Source: Felis catus (lineage: Eukaryota). From it: DNA of 64,000 nt. Within the stretch, counting starts at the first letter, position 1, and the number at the start of each line of letters is the position of its first letter. Below, piece by piece: positions 61,923 through 64,000 of this stretch. A program made the position numbers and the translations under genes. Location: the NCBI RefSeq assembly GCF_018350175.1, contig NC_058382.1, positions 55,554,001-55,618,000 on the forward strand, written 5' to 3'. The notes under the pieces are model-generated. The model saw only the letters and a program-made list of their open reading frames with translations, was not told where the DNA came from and made no database searches.

Positions 61923-62387
61923 TGTAGTGAGCTGGATGGTGACCCCTGGAAGATATGTTGGTGTCCTCATCCCCAGAACTTGCGAATGTGACCTTATGTG
62001 GAAAAAGAATCTTTTCAGATATAATCAAGTTAAGGATCTCGAGATGAGATTACCCTGGAATATGTAGATGAACCTTAAATACAATCACAAGTGTCCTTGT
62101 AAGAAACATATAGACACAAACGAAAAGAAGGCCATACAAAGACAGAGGCAGAGGTAGGAGAGATGTAGCCACAAGCCAAGGAACATCTGGAGCCACCAGA
62201 AGATGGAGGAGATAAGGAAGAATCCTCCCTGAGGGATTTCAGAGGGAACATGGTCTTGCTGACACCTTGATCGTGGACTTGTAACATCCAGAATGGTGAG
62301 AAATAATTTTCTGTTGTTTTAAGCACCTCCCCACCCCCACACCCAGTTTGTGGCAATTTGTTACAGCAGCCACAGGAAACTCATACA
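61923..62387 (+). mobile_element. MLT1C-like MaLR LTR inserted in a MIR
   Basis: tgtagtgagctggatggtg..gaatgtgaccttat..gatataatcaagttaaggatctcgagatgag...cagcagccacaggaaactcataca; TSD atgtt/gtgtt. Confidence 0.9.
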
Positions 62388-62929
62388 GTGTTGAGATGGG
62401 ACCACGGCAGGTTGGATTCCAAGTCTGCCCCCTCAGCTGTGATGCTGTCTGGTGGGCTTGTGGCTGAATCTCTCTGTGTTTGTTTCCTAACCTGTAATTG
62501 GGGACAGTGCTTGTGCTATTGTGAGGAATAAGTGACATGATGTATATCATAGATAGAGAACAGGGCTCACCAGATACTGGCTCTTGTTGTTCCTAGCATC
62601 GTCGTTTTTATGAGGTCACCCTAGGAATGGCTATTTGTGTGCAAACCTCAGTCAGGGACAGACTCTGCTTATGGCCAATGCTGGTCCCTTAGTCAGGGTA
62701 TGCTTGGGAATCTTTGGCTAGATAAGTCACTGTTCTGGATATTTGGTAGTTGAATAAATACCCTTGGGACATAAGTCTGTCTGCTGGTATTTTGTTTTGT
62801 GGTTACTTATGAATTGGCTATTTTCATGCTTTCTGTGCATCTCCCTTTGTTTTATTTTCCTTACTAACAATACTTATTGTTAACTTACCTTTTTATACTT
62901 ATTATTAACTTAGAGTAAACCATACTTCA

Positions 62930-63495
62930 ACCTCCCAAGAGCACTCCCAAGTCTGGTGATTCATATGGAGGACTCATAGGACTCAGGATACAGTTGGACC
63001 CATGGCTAAGACTTACAGAGTGAAAAGGCACAAAGAAAATCAGCAAAGGAAAAAAAGCGCATGGGGAAAAGTCTGGAGGAAAACAGACATAAGCTTCTAA
63101 GAAGCTCCCAGTGGAGTCACACATGATGTGCTTGATTCCCCCAACAATGAGTTTTGACAACATGGCCCTTTGCAAGGTTGTCTACTCTGGAAGATTGTTA
63201 GAGAACCAGTGTCCCTGGGTTTCATTGGGGGCTGGTCACGTAGGGACCTTCTGCCTAGCAGGTACCCAAATTCCAGACTCCCAGAAAAAAAAAAAAGACA
63301 GATATTGAGCGTGAACCACATTGTTTGTACAAATCGTTTAGGTACAGTAGGCACCTCTGTAAGTTTTGGAATGGGGGGCGGGGAGAGACCTGAGATCCAA
63401 GTTCCCACATGCCAACAAAGGGCCAACCTTGCAAGCAGAGCTTTCTGAGAAGAGTGGTCTCAAGCCTGCCATGTTTGTTTTCCACATAGCGTACA
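62930..63495 (-). mobile_element. MER21-like LTR
   Basis: aaaatcagcaaagg..cccagtggagtcacacatgatgtgcttgattcccc..aaattccagactcccagaa..gggccaaccttgcaagcag. Confidence 0.85.
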
Positions 63496-63739
63496 GTAAA
63501 AGTTTATTGTTTCTAGGCATTATGTTATTTAATATCTTACAGGATGGAGGGCATTATTATTCATAATTTAGAGATGAAGCACCTGAGGTTTCAGGAGTTT
63601 AAGGACCTCACCCCAAATCATCACTAGTAGATTGGAGCACAGGCACATTGGAAGGTAACCACTGTGCAACAAGCCATTCACTTTACAGAAAGGGGCATTA
63701 GGGAGGAGAGAAGTTGTTCTGAGTGACTCTAACAGAGAG

Positions 63740-64000
63740 CATGTAGGCTTAGTTATGCCATAGCAATCCCCATATCTCAATGACTTGTAAGAACTCATTT
63801 TAGTTTCTGCTCAAGCCTCAAGTCTATTGCCATTCAGCCTGGGGTGTCGTTCTGTATTGTCCTCACTCTGGGACCCGGCTATTGGAGCAGCCGCTGCTGC
63901 CAGTCATTGGGATAGGAGGAAAGGCCAGGTACAGACTGTGCCCTGGCTCTTAAAACTTCCATCCTGAAGTGTGATGTGTGTCACGTTCATTGGCCAACAC
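63740..64000 (-). mobile_element. Old MLT1 LTR fragment, cut by window end
   Basis: cctcactctgggacccggct..ggagcagcc..ctggctcttaaaacttcc..gaagtg..tcacgttcattggccaa. Confidence 0.7.

Noticed and set aside
56457..63495. Two same-orientation MER21-like LTRs about 6 kb apart, as a possible provirus
   Set aside because: The LTRs differ substantially, and the interval holds older MIR and L1ME plus unique DNA with no gag or pol remnant, so these are independent solo LTRs.
1..64000. A novel multi-gene biological system or a foreign insert
   Set aside because: No coding cluster, compositional island or unexplained long periodic structure was found; the window reads as ordinary felid non-coding DNA.

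Overview
Mammalian genomic DNA, almost certainly from a felid, because it carries many tRNA-derived SINEC_Fc-type carnivore SINEs. The window is intergenic or deep intronic. I see no supportable protein-coding exon, RNA gene or CpG island, and the ORF track is explained by repeats, low complexity and chance. A large part of the window is interspersed repeats: about 22 SINEC copies (many with readable target-site duplications), old L1M fragments, L2, MIR, a long L3/CR1 RT remnant, MaLR/ERVL/ERV1 solo LTRs, hAT MITEs (MER5A/B, MER3, MER53) and a Tigger-like transposase remnant. Several repeat-free, AT-rich, motif-dense blocks look like conserved non-coding enhancers. I found no convincing novel biological system. 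The best observations are retrotransposition oddities: a chimeric SINE-head/L1-end/SINE insert inside one TSD, a tail-only insertion, two SINEs sharing a triplicated target site, and a four-layer L1/MaLR nest with an apparent 5' inversion. Subfamily names come from recalled consensus sequences, not from a search, and boundaries of old repeats are approximate.
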